Below are positions 17,106 to 25,485 of a DNA stretch of 25,485 nucleotides, piece by piece; the first letter of the stretch is position 1, and the number at the start of each line of letters is the position of its first letter. The DNA comes from an uncultured archaeon (lineage in GTDB: Archaea > Iainarchaeota > Iainarchaeia > Iainarchaeales > CSSED10-239). Made by a program: the position numbers and the translations under genes. The notes beneath the pieces were generated by a model, which was not told where the DNA came from, ran no database searches, and saw only the letters and a program-made list of their open reading frames with translations. The DNA is taken from assembly GCA_964463155.1 (NCBI GenBank), contig CAYXAY010000008.1, forward strand, positions 1-25,485, in the 5' to 3' direction.

Positions 17106-17711
17106 CTAATTGTATTTTGTTATTGGTAGTTCTTCGATTTTGTCTTTTTTGATTATAACAATCTTTATTCCTTGACCACCTGTGTAGATGTCTCTTTTCT
17201 TTGCTGCAGATATGGCGTCCTTTGCTAGCCTTACTGCATCGTCTGTTGTTAGACCTTTCTTGAAGTTATGGTCAAGAACACTTAAAGCTAGTTCTGAACC
17301 AGAACCAGAATATGAAAAGTCCTTTTCTTCAACTATTCCGCCAGCAATGTCTATATTGTAAAGAGACAGTCCTCCAACTGAACCTGCTAGTATAAACTGA
17401 GTCACATATGGTATCATCTTGTTAGCATTTAGTATATTTGAAAGAAGAGTAGCACAAGCCTTTGTTGTCATTGGGGTCTTGTGTTCCAATTCGAAAAGAT
17501 TTGCTTGAACCCTTAGAAATCTTACTAAAACCAGGGCGTCGCCAACAGAACCTGCAATTGTCACAGCAAGATGCTCATTAATTTTATAGATTTTGGTCAT
17601 CTCTGTGTTTGACGAAAGATTTCCCATTGTAGCCTGCATGTCTGCTGCAAGCACTATTGAGTCCTTTGCTTGAATAGCAATTGTTGTTGTTCCGGTCTTA
17701 TATGTTTCCAA
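17106..17711 (-). CDS. psmB: Proteasome subunit beta
   Basis: Short propeptide 'METYKTG' followed by the active-site Thr in 'TTTIAIQAKDSIVLAADMQAT'. 201 aa. Confidence 0.9.
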   Translation of the reverse strand: METYKTGTTTIAIQAKDSIVLAADMQATMGNLSSNTEMTKIYKINEHLAVTIAGSVGDALVLVRFLRVQANLFELEHKTPMTTKACATLLSNILNANKMIPYVTQFILAGSVGGLSLYNIDIAGGIVEEKDFSYSGSGSELALSVLDHNFKKGLTTDDAVRLAKDAISAAKKRDIYTGGQGIKIVIIKKDKIEELPITKYN

Positions 17712-17717
17712 GATTTT

Positions 17718-18395
17718 TCACCTATTTTTTTCATAGTTTTCTATAAAATGAACATTTTCAAAAGTGGTTGTGTTAAATACTGATTGTATAAACACATATT
17801 TTAGATATTCAATTTCCTTTGGCAGGGCACCAGGGATTATTAGTTCCAATGTTTTTTCTTTAGTATTTACTTTTGCCTTGTCTTTTGGCATGAAAAAGAA
17901 ATACTTCTCAAACAATGCTTGTGATTTTTCTTTGTCAGTTGCGCATATTTTTTTTAGAGTTATTTGGTAATCTAGATCTCTTCCTGCAAACTCGTGGTTT
18001 AGATCTATTTGCACTCTCCCGCCTGAAACATTTAGAACCTTTGCTTGCCTGTTTCCTAGATTTATAAACATTCCAGGCTTTGGGTCTATGTTTTCTTTTT
18101 TGAAATCTGCAAGTGGCAGTAACTGTATCAACTTAGGGTCCCTTTTTCCAAAGGCCTTTTCTTTTGGTAAAGAGAAGTCTTTTGTTTTACCAATATCTAA
18201 GTCTTTTATGTTTTCCTCAACTGCCTTTAGAAGCTCACCTTTTCCAAACACAACCACAAGTGGTTTGTATTGTGTCTTTGAATCATAGATGTTTCCTTCT
18301 TTTGCCCTGTCTTCAAAGGTGGTGTCAAGAACTGCAGTTGTGTTCTTGTCTTTAATTATCAAGTCTAGCTCGATTATGTCGTTGTTGTTTATCAT
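17718..18395 (-). CDS. FKBP-type peptidyl-prolyl cis-trans isomerase (SlyD-like, with IF insert)
   Basis: 'YKPLVVVFGKGELLKAVEENIKDLDIGKTKDFSLPKEKAFGKRDPKLIQ...GGRVQIDLNHEFAGRDLDYQITL' matches the archaeal long FKBP pattern. Confidence 0.8.
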   Translation of the reverse strand: MINNNDIIELDLIIKDKNTTAVLDTTFEDRAKEGNIYDSKTQYKPLVVVFGKGELLKAVEENIKDLDIGKTKDFSLPKEKAFGKRDPKLIQLLPLADFKKENIDPKPGMFINLGNRQAKVLNVSGGRVQIDLNHEFAGRDLDYQITLKKICATDKEKSQALFEKYFFFMPKDKAKVNTKEKTLELIIPGALPKEIEYLKYVFIQSVFNTTTFENVHFIENYEKNR

Positions 18396-18601
18396 TTTTA
18401 TCTTCTCTTATGATTGTTTGTTGTTTTTAAGTTCAGTTATCTTTTTAAGATATTCCATAAATTAATTAATTTTGTAAATAGAAAATCGTAATAATCAATT
18501 AATATATATTTTTGGAACAAATGTATTAAAAAGGTTTTCCTAAGCGATGGCTAACCATTTTAAAGATATTTGCTTGCTTTATATATTAAAGCGTGAACCC
18601 T

Positions 18602-19216
18602 ATGATGTCTAATCAAAAAGAAATTGATGGTTTAACAAATAATTTGATTAATTGCATAAAAAGCAATAAAAAGCCAAGCACAGAAATTTTTGACAAATTT
18701 TTTAACATCGCTTTGTTTTTGCAAATAAAGAAATATAATTTTCAGATAGAGAAGAACAAGACTTTAGATAAATTAGAAAAAGCTGTGTTTCTGGGAAGCA
18801 ATGCTGAAAGCATGCTGCAATATCTAAATGAACATAACGCAATAGATAGACCAGAACACAAAAAATTCTATGCTCAATATGAAAAGATTATTGATATTGG
18901 AAATGTTGCTAATGTTATTAAGTATATTAACCCAGAGTTTGTTCCAAAACTTAAAAGCTTTCTTGCCTTGCCATTAACAAAAAGAAAAGAAATACTTGAT
19001 AAAAATCCTAAACTTATCGCTTTTTTTGAAAAACTTGTTGGGCTTGGAAACGATTATAAGGCCTTGGCTGTAAAACCCAGTAGAAATAAATATACTAAAG
19101 AAAATCTAGAGATTGCAAAAGAAGTTAATCTAAAGGTGAAAGAAATCAATCAGCATATTAAGAATAAAGGAATTATCCCAAAAAGACCAGTAACAAGAAG
19201 GTCTGTTGCAAAATAA
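18602..19216 (+). CDS. Hypothetical protein (alpha-helical by composition, basic C-terminal tail)
   Basis: ATG at 18602 (the track's GTG at 18593 is also possible). Ends 5 nt before hel308. C-terminal tail 'KNKGIIPKRPVTRRSVAK'. I recognise no family. Confidence 0.55.
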   Translation: MMSNQKEIDGLTNNLINCIKSNKKPSTEIFDKFFNIALFLQIKKYNFQIEKNKTLDKLEKAVFLGSNAESMLQYLNEHNAIDRPEHKKFYAQYEKIIDIGNVANVIKYINPEFVPKLKSFLALPLTKRKEILDKNPKLIAFFEKLVGLGNDYKALAVKPSRNKYTKENLEIAKEVNLKVKEINQHIKNKGIIPKRPVTRRSVAK

Positions 19217-19221
19217 TATTT

Positions 19222-21360
19222 ATGAGTAAAGAACTTATTTCTGAGGTATTAGTAACTAATGGATATTTATCTTTAAACCCTGTTCAAGAGAAAGCAAGCG
19301 CCCATATTGGAAAAAATCTTTTGGTGTGTGCTCCAACAGCATCAGGAAAGACAACTATTTTTGAGATGTATTTGTTGGACTTTGCAACAAATAAAAAAAA
19401 AATAATATATATTTCTCCACTTAAGGCATTGACCTTTGAGCACTATCAGGACATTAAGAAGAAATATTCAAAGAAACATGATTTGAAGTTTGGAATATCA
19501 ACAGGAGATCTTGATAGCAGTTCCAAGAATCTTTCAAGCTATGATGTCTTGTTTTTGACATTTGAAAAATTTGATTCTGTTATCAGGCATGACCCTGAAT
19601 GGCTAAAATACATTGGCCTTGTTTGTATTGATGAGATACACGAGCTTGGGCATGATAGAGGGACCACTCTTGAAATTTTAATAACGCAACTTAAGGTTAA
19701 CTTTCCTGGAATTGTTTTTCTTGGCCTTTCAGCAACCATTGGCAATTCCCAGACACTTGCTAAATGGCTTGATGCTAAGCTTGTGACTAGTAGCTATAGA
19801 CCTATACCACTTTATATTGGAATCAACTATGGTAACCAAATCTTTTTTGAAGAAAGAAAACTTGAACTTGAAATCTCTAGAAAAGAAGACAACCTTGGAG
19901 GAATCATTAACGACACCTTAAAGATGAACAAGCAATTAATTGTATTTTGTAATTCAAGAAGCAACACAATGTCCTTTGCAACAAAATATAAAGAACTTGT
20001 AAAGAAAACATTAAACGAAAAAGAAATAACAGAACTAAGAAAAATTGCTAAAATTGCTGGCGAAGCCTTGGAAACGCCAAGCAAACAATGCTTGTCTTTA
20101 TACTCTGATCTTTTGTGCGGGACAGCCTTTCATAATGCTGGTTTAGTCTATAAACAACGACAGATTATTGAAGAAGAATTTCGCCAAGGCAAAATTAAAG
20201 TAATATTTGCAACTCCAACACTTGCTGCAGGAATTAATCTCCCTGCTTTTAGGGTTGTTATAACAACAGTCTATCGCTTCTCAAACGGTTCAATGGTTTT
20301 AATACCAGTAAATGAATTCCATCAGATGACTGGAAGAGCAGGAAGACCAAAATATGATAAGAAAGGAGAAGCAATTGTTGTTGTAAGTAAAGAAGTAGAT
20401 GTACAAAGAGTCTATAACTCTTATGTTATTGCTCCACCGACTGACATTGAATCGCAATTGTCAAAGATTGGAAATCTTAGAACGCAGCTTCTGTCAATAA
20501 TTTTAATCAATAATTTAAGGACTATTAAAGAAATAAACAACTATATGGAAAAAACCTTCTACCATTTTGTGTTTGGGGGGGACCAAAAGATTAAGGATAA
20601 TGTTTTGGAGATTATCGAAGAATTTAATGATTTTAGGTTTATTGAAAAAGTAGGAGAAAACATTAGGTTAACAGAAATAGGAAAAAGAGTTTGTCTTCTT
20701 TATATTGACCCGTTGTCAGCTAACAATATTTTAAAAGATTTAGAGGTTAAAGAAAAGCTAAAAGACATAGAAGAACTTGAAAGACTGTTTGTTATTGCTA
20801 ATACCGCTGAATGCTATCCTTATCTTAAAGTCAAGAAAGACAAAGAAGATAGCGTGTTTGATGTTCTAGAAGATTTAAAACCAAAGATTTACTTTGACTA
20901 TGAAGACATTAATCTTCTTGAAAAAATAACATTAAGCCAGATGTTAAGAGATTGGATAAACGAGATATCAGAAAACGATATTATTGAAAGATATGGAACA
21001 ACTCCAGGGCAACTTCAAGAATTTATGAACAAAGCCATATGGATTAACCATTGTGTTCAGGAACTAATTAAAGCAAATAAAGGAAATTTAAAAGTATATA
21101 AGGAATACTCAGATTTAGAATTGCGTTTGAAGTATGGAATCAAAAAAGAACTTCTGCCACTTGTAGAATTAAAAAATATTGGAAGAGTCAGAGCAAGAAA
21201 ACTTTTTGATTCTGGAATTACGGGTGTTGGAAAAATCAAGAAGAACCCACAGAAGTTCTTATCAATTGTCGGAAGAATTGGTCTTGAGGCACTAAAAGAA
21301 TTAAAAATTGATATGCCAAAAGAACATTTAGACAAAAAAGTGCTTGATTATGAAAATTAA
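19222..21360 (+). CDS. hel308: Hel308 / Ski2-like ATP-dependent DNA helicase
   Basis: Motif I 'APTASGKT', motif II 'DEIH', 'SAT', motif VI 'QMTGRAGRP', and a C-terminal HhH domain 'LKNIGRVRARKLFDSGITGVGKI'. 712 aa. Confidence 0.9.
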   Translation: MSKELISEVLVTNGYLSLNPVQEKASAHIGKNLLVCAPTASGKTTIFEMYLLDFATNKKKIIYISPLKALTFEHYQDIKKKYSKKHDLKFGISTGDLDSSSKNLSSYDVLFLTFEKFDSVIRHDPEWLKYIGLVCIDEIHELGHDRGTTLEILITQLKVNFPGIVFLGLSATIGNSQTLAKWLDAKLVTSSYRPIPLYIGINYGNQIFFEERKLELEISRKEDNLGGIINDTLKMNKQLIVFCNSRSNTMSFATKYKELVKKTLNEKEITELRKIAKIAGEALETPSKQCLSLYSDLLCGTAFHNAGLVYKQRQIIEEEFRQGKIKVIFATPTLAAGINLPAFRVVITTVYRFSNGSMVLIPVNEFHQMTGRAGRPKYDKKGEAIVVVSKEVDVQRVYNSYVIAPPTDIESQLSKIGNLRTQLLSIILINNLRTIKEINNYMEKTFYHFVFGGDQKIKDNVLEIIEEFNDFRFIEKVGENIRLTEIGKRVCLLYIDPLSANNILKDLEVKEKLKDIEELERLFVIANTAECYPYLKVKKDKEDSVFDVLEDLKPKIYFDYEDINLLEKITLSQMLRDWINEISENDIIERYGTTPGQLQEFMNKAIWINHCVQELIKANKGNLKVYKEYSDLELRLKYGIKKELLPLVELKNIGRVRARKLFDSGITGVGKIKKNPQKFLSIVGRIGLEALKELKIDMPKEHLDKKVLDYEN

Positions 21361-21553
21361 AAAGCTAAATATTGTTGTTAAAACAAAAACAAATCTAAAG
21401 AAAGGAACAGATAAGGGAAAATAATCAAAGATCTAAAAAGCAATATTAAAGAAATAAAAAAACTTAACAAGACCTTAATGATAATTTAAAAAAAACCGTG
21501 CTTTGGAGCATAGGGTTTTTTGAGATGCCTTAAGATTATATGATTTAAGGAAA

Positions 21554-21865
21554 ATGAGAAGAAAGGAAACGGATATTTCTGAACTAAAGAATATTTTTGA
21601 AGATATTAAGGCGCTTGCAAGGGTTCATAACTGTAAAGAGATAAGAGTAAATACTTGATTGTTTGCTGTTCATCCAAAGTTGAGAGCAGAACTTGGTTTT
21701 GTTATTGAAAAAAAGGGGCAATCTCAAGTTAGTGAAAAAGATTTCTTTAGAGGCCTTGGATATTTTGATGTAAAAAAGATATTAAAGGAAGATGTAAATG
21801 GAAATTTATAGGTTATTAATAAGGATGGAGAGAAACTGCTTTTTGCTGAAGGTCATTTCCCATAA
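21554..21865 (+). pseudogene. Single-frame ORF interrupted by one TGA and one TAG
   Basis: 'MRRKETDISELKNIFEDIKALARVHNCKEIRVNT[TGA 21656-21658]LFAVHPKLRAELGFVIEKKGQSQVSEKDFFRGLGYFDVKKILKEDVNGNL[TAG 21809-21811]VINKDGEKLLFAEGHFP[TAA]'. The peptide is not low-complexity and needs no frameshift. Confidence 0.45.
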
Positions 21866-21885
21866 AGTGTTTTAAAATTAGAGGG

Positions 21886-23166
21886 TTAACACCATCTTTT
21901 GTCTTCCGTTGATGGTTTGATTAACTCTCTTGCTAGGTTTGTGGCGTAATTGCCTTTGTCAAGAGTAAAAGAAAGAATCAAGGATAAAGAATCGGAAAGC
22001 TCCTCTTGGTTTTTATAATCTTCTTCTATTGAGAGTAATTTTAAATCATAGACTGGGATTTTTATTGGACGATAGTCGCCTTTGGAAGAAAGAACAGAAT
22101 GGTCTTTATTATAGAAATCTTGAAGAGTAATTCCTTCTTTGTCCAAGATTTCGTGTTCTATAACTCCAGCAAGCCTTTCAGAGAACTTTGAGGAAAAGCC
22201 AAAAAGAGGAATCATTACTTCGCCATTGACAATTGTATCTCCATCAATCTTTTCTATACCATACCCGCGAGAAATCCTTTCGTTAATTATTTCATTAAAT
22301 AGATATGATTGATAAGCATGAATGAAAAGATATTGAGTTGCCTTTGGTAAGGCCTTAAATGCTCCAAGATAGTTGTCTGGATTGTTTGCTAAGTAGTTTA
22401 GCATTGCTCTTTCATTGCCTGTTCCTGATGGGAAATCATAAGCATGCTTTTTGAAATTTCTGTCTTCTTTAAGCTGAACTCTTGCTTCTTGTAATTCCCT
22501 TGATTCAAGCTCTTGAGGTTCAGTTAGATACATCATAACTGCATCTTCGTATTTGTGCTGAAGTAAAAGTTTCCCGACCTTGTGGGTGATATCTCTTGTT
22601 CCACCAAATCTTTGTTCTCCAAAATAGTTTATTAGGCCAAAATTGTTAATTTGCTTTTCAAAATCATCATAACGCGATTTTAGTTTTTCATTTGAAAGAC
22701 CTTGTATCTTTCTAAAGACAACGGTAAAACGATTTTGTTTTAAATCGCCAATATCCACTCTGTTCTTTGACCAGACTGGATTGTAAATCTTTATAGTTTT
22801 AAAATAAAACTTTGAAAGTCTTTCTTGGTTGGGTTCATAGATTGAAATTCTTTGAACACTTAATGCCCTTTTGTCTTTAAGACCAGCATAACCAAACCTT
22901 TTTTTACTAGTTCTTAGAAACCTTGACATCTCGTTAATCGCTGTGGTTGTAGAAAGATTAAATTTTTCCAGATCAACTAAAAGCTGGTCATTATCTTTCT
23001 TTTCAGAAAAGACGTTTTGCCAATCAATTTCTGGAACCTGTTTATCTAGAAGATAAGTTAGTTTTGTAGAATAAGTATAGCCAATCTCTTCAACAACAAA
23101 ATCCTCGCAGAACTGTTTTATTCTCCCGCCTATTCCTTTTGTTGTTGTTATGTATTTGAAATCCAT
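21886..23166 (-). CDS. truD: tRNA pseudouridine synthase TruD/Pus7 family
   Basis: 'FGYAGLKDKRALSVQRISI' carries the catalytic Asp in the TruD motif; 'NYFGEQRFG' is also present. 426 aa. Confidence 0.88.
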   Translation of the reverse strand: MDFKYITTTKGIGGRIKQFCEDFVVEEIGYTYSTKLTYLLDKQVPEIDWQNVFSEKKDNDQLLVDLEKFNLSTTTAINEMSRFLRTSKKRFGYAGLKDKRALSVQRISIYEPNQERLSKFYFKTIKIYNPVWSKNRVDIGDLKQNRFTVVFRKIQGLSNEKLKSRYDDFEKQINNFGLINYFGEQRFGGTRDITHKVGKLLLQHKYEDAVMMYLTEPQELESRELQEARVQLKEDRNFKKHAYDFPSGTGNERAMLNYLANNPDNYLGAFKALPKATQYLFIHAYQSYLFNEIINERISRGYGIEKIDGDTIVNGEVMIPLFGFSSKFSERLAGVIEHEILDKEGITLQDFYNKDHSVLSSKGDYRPIKIPVYDLKLLSIEEDYKNQEELSDSLSLILSFTLDKGNYATNLARELIKPSTEDKRWC

Positions 23167-23178
23167 AACTTATCGTAG

Positions 23179-25485
23179 TTAATCGCACTTGTAGCAGCTT
23201 GTGTTTCTTTCATTGTACATATTTTGTGTCCAATCTATTGCGTCAGGGTTATATGGGTAATCTGTGTCAAAAACAAACAAATGGGTTTCATAATTCCCAT
23301 AATACGGTACAAACACAGTTTGTAAAATTATGTTTAATCGACCATCATCATCGAAATCTATTAATATTGGGCTATCGTGATGGTATATATATTTTCGGCC
23401 GAGGGGGCTTAAAATATGGATTTCAATGTTTTTTATTTTGTTCCCCTTTTCATAAATTAAAATTCCTGCTGGAGAATCATCGTTGTAAGTACTTTCATAT
23501 CCTGCTATAATTTCTGGGTAACTGTCGCCCGTCAAGTCGCCAACGCTTATTCCCGCAATCCTTTCATTTGTGTTTATTACCGAAATATTGGTGCCAGTAT
23601 GATCCATAATTATAATTTTATTTTGTTCATCAAATGTACTTATTTTTTCTAAATAAAATATTGTTTTTATAACCCCCTCAAAATTTCCTATAACCACATT
23701 ACCACGAAATAAATAGCCATCCTTAGTAAATGGTTCTTCAAGAATTTCTCCATTTGACGCTAATATTTTTACAGTACTTCTATAATTATATGCTGGATGT
23801 ATTTCAGAGAATGCTGGATGTATTTCAGAGAATGCCACCACAATTTCGGTAGATTCGTCATTATCAAAATCAACTGTTAACACATCTGCGGCATTTAAAA
23901 GACCATTGCGCAACTCAGATATTTGAGTTCTATTTATTAATCTTCCATCCTCAGAATAAATATTTACATACAAAATGTGCATGTGTTCATTTGTTGTGGA
24001 ATCAAAATATATATTAGAATATAGAATACCTATCTGGGTTTCGTCATTTCTTTTTATTTGTACAATTTTGTGAACAATTCTGTTGATTGGTGATACATTT
24101 AGTGTAATTGGGTAATTTGGGAGTGGATCTCCGTATCTATCATAACCGTATATCTTATCTATTAATATGCTAGAACGATTCGCTCCGGCATAATAAGACT
24201 TATTATTAATAATAATTGTAGGGGTCTTAATATATGTGTCTGATAAATGGGGGGGATTTTGAAAATTGCCACTAAAATCAATTACCCCCGAAAAGGAGTC
24301 AAAATATATTGAACTTGGGGTCGCAAGATAATGACCAGAAATCACAATGTTGTTATTAATTACTGCGGGTCGTTGATTTTGATTTCCAACAAAAAAATTT
24401 GTCGGGTTTTGATTAATATTAACAGAACCAATTTCAGTTATACTCGTATCATTATTAATTATATTTACTTTTGTATAATAAGGATCATATGTTTCAGATA
24501 ATGTCTGAATGATTTTTGGTAGTCTCATTATGTTAGTTGATAATAACGTTGTTGCGGGGAGTTTGCTAAATATTAGTGTCCAGCCATTTGCTAACTCATT
24601 TATTAAGACTTTATTAATTTTTTTGTTGTCTTCAATCCAAACACCGTTATTTAAAACAGATAATCTAAAAATATATCTGTCATTAGGAAAGTTACTAAAA
24701 TCATATTCGCAGAATATCTCCGCAGTAGTTTGTCCGTTACATAATTCTTGCCACTCATTATTTTCTCTAGAATGATAATCTATTTTGTAGGTCGTATAAT
24801 CTGGAGTATTAATATGCCCTCTAATTATTTCTCTTTTATTTATATAATTGTTTGTTCCGAATTCAGTTATTTCAAAATTATTTATATTATGTATGGATAT
24901 GTCGTAATGTTCATTAACTTGTAGTTTAATTTCTATTATTGATTCATTTAAATTAGCGGTGTCGAATTCACACAATACAGAATTATCTATTTCGGTGTTG
25001 CCTTCACAAATTAGTATCCAATCTGCCTCTGAAGAAGGATAATATTTATAATAAACTCGATAATTTTGAAAATTATTGCCTTTTGCTGTCCCTATTATAT
25101 TTATTGTACCAGAAAGATCATAATTGTCCATATTTAATCCTATTGTGGGATTTAATAATCTTATTGCGTCTGAAATTTGTAATCTCCCAGCACCTATATT
25201 GTTCATTGTACTTTCAGAAATTATTCTTGTGTTGCTTTTCAATATCTCTTTTATTTCTCTAGGGGCGAAATTAGGATTTTTTTGTTTTAATAAAGCAGCC
25301 GCGCCCGCAACATGTGGTGCGGCCATAGATGTTCCACTTTTAAATAAATGAGAGTCATCTATACAAATCACCCCTGGATATCCAGGAAATTTCGCAGCAC
25401 AAATTGAAACGCCATGTGCTACAATATCTGGTTTCATTAAATAATTAATGCTGTGTTGATTATTGTACCAAATAACTGGTCCTCT
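23179..25485 (-). CDS. Large secreted S8 (subtilisin-like) serine protease with duplicated post-catalytic modules and FG-GAP-like C-terminal region (5' end outside window)
   Basis: The frame stays open to the window edge ('RGPVIWYNNQHSINYLMKPDIVAHG...'). Catalytic Ser motif 'SGTSMAAPHVAGAAALL'; the Asp/His parts must lie upstream of the window. Two related modules of about 70 aa follow. Then come three D-x-D-x-D-G-like motifs: 'DFDNDESTEIVV', 'GDLTGDSYPEIIAG', 'IDFDDDGRLNII'. Confidence 0.8.
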   Translation of the reverse strand, partial: RGPVIWYNNQHSINYLMKPDIVAHGVSICAAKFPGYPGVICIDDSHLFKSGTSMAAPHVAGAAALLKQKNPNFAPREIKEILKSNTRIISESTMNNIGAGRLQISDAIRLLNPTIGLNMDNYDLSGTINIIGTAKGNNFQNYRVYYKYYPSSEADWILICEGNTEIDNSVLCEFDTANLNESIIEIKLQVNEHYDISIHNINNFEITEFGTNNYINKREIIRGHINTPDYTTYKIDYHSRENNEWQELCNGQTTAEIFCEYDFSNFPNDRYIFRLSVLNNGVWIEDNKKINKVLINELANGWTLIFSKLPATTLLSTNIMRLPKIIQTLSETYDPYYTKVNIINNDTSITEIGSVNINQNPTNFFVGNQNQRPAVINNNIVISGHYLATPSSIYFDSFSGVIDFSGNFQNPPHLSDTYIKTPTIIINNKSYYAGANRSSILIDKIYGYDRYGDPLPNYPITLNVSPINRIVHKIVQIKRNDETQIGILYSNIYFDSTTNEHMHILYVNIYSEDGRLINRTQISELRNGLLNAADVLTVDFDNDESTEIVVAFSEIHPAFSEIHPAYNYRSTVKILASNGEILEEPFTKDGYLFRGNVVIGNFEGVIKTIFYLEKISTFDEQNKIIIMDHTGTNISVINTNERIAGISVGDLTGDSYPEIIAGYESTYNDDSPAGILIYEKGNKIKNIEIHILSPLGRKYIYHHDSPILIDFDDDGRLNIILQTVFVPYYGNYETHLFVFDTDYPYNPDAIDWTQNMYNERNTSCYKCD
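23790..23835. repeat. Perfect 21-bp tandem duplication inside the S8 protease gene
   Basis: TGCTGGATGTATTTCAGAGAA occurs at 23791-23811 and again at 23812-23832, followed by a partial third copy (TGC). On the coding strand it encodes AFSEIHP-AFSEIHP-A, in frame. Confidence 0.95.

Noticed and set aside
3672-21811. Alternative genetic code (TGA read as Trp, or TAG as sense) to explain the in-frame stops in the three islands. The TGA contexts PPKD*EKLL, RVNT*LFAV and IFSK*KEKK would accept Trp.
   Set aside because: TGA clearly acts as a true stop in the neighbouring genes. rfcL ends at 6333-6335 with ABCE1 starting 5 nt later. The pilin-like gene ends at 8607-8609 in an ATGA overlap with the next start. 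The islands also need frameshifts, which recoding cannot fix. TGG-to-TGA/TAG transitions in decaying genes are the simpler explanation.
1202-25351. Many 60-150 aa ORFs in the six-frame track lie inside or antisense to the large genes. Examples: 1202-1498, 1517-1966, 2279-3013, 4326-4682, 5216-5491, 6338-6799, 7315-7566, 8414-8641, 12629-13149, 14258-14527, 15052-15865, 16411-16836, 17764-18355, 19539-20084, 21057-21335, 23199-23510, 24509-24775 and 25124-25351.
   Set aside because: All are fully embedded in well-supported conserved genes. Their products are Phe/Ser/Leu/Cys-rich and low-complexity, typical of the antisense of Lys/Glu/Asn-rich genes. None has a recognisable motif.
1-25485. CRISPR arrays, rRNA genes, inteins in LonB/RFC/Hel308, transposases or IS ends, and known defence or toxin-antitoxin genes.
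   Set aside because: There are no regularly spaced direct repeats and no GC-rich structured RNA blocks other than the single tRNA. The large proteins have normal lengths with contiguous motifs. No DDE, integrase or nuclease signatures were seen.

Overview
AT-rich, very compact archaeal chromosome segment. PCNA, RFC large subunit, ABCE1, aEF-1beta, class I CCA-adding enzyme, Dph2, aCPSF1, proteasome beta, Hel308 and membrane LonB place it in Archaea. The Lys/Asn/Ile-rich proteins and overlapping genes suggest a reduced-genome lineage such as DPANN; that is inference only. About 85% of the window is ordinary information-processing housekeeping genes, packed with spacers from -7 to about +60 nt. 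Four things stand out. (1) A four-gene cluster of small secreted proteins with class III (type IV pilin-like) signal peptides sits directly behind the Zn-ribbon/aEF-1beta translation genes, with no pilus machinery in the window. (2) Three gene-poor islands (about 3245-4291, 10504-11481, 21361-21885) carry clearly protein-like reading frames broken by frameshifts and in-frame stops. One island starts directly 3' of a tRNA-Arg, so it may be a decayed integrated element. (3) A large partial S8 subtilase has duplicated post-catalytic modules and an FG-GAP-like C-terminal region, and carries a perfect 21-bp in-frame tandem duplication. (4) A co-directional FKBP-proteasome beta-aCPSF1-Fap7-like kinase-membrane protein gene string. 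I saw no CRISPR array, rRNA, intein, transposase or recognisable defence genes. I cannot point to a confidently novel system; the pilin-like cluster and the tRNA-flanking decayed module are the best candidates.
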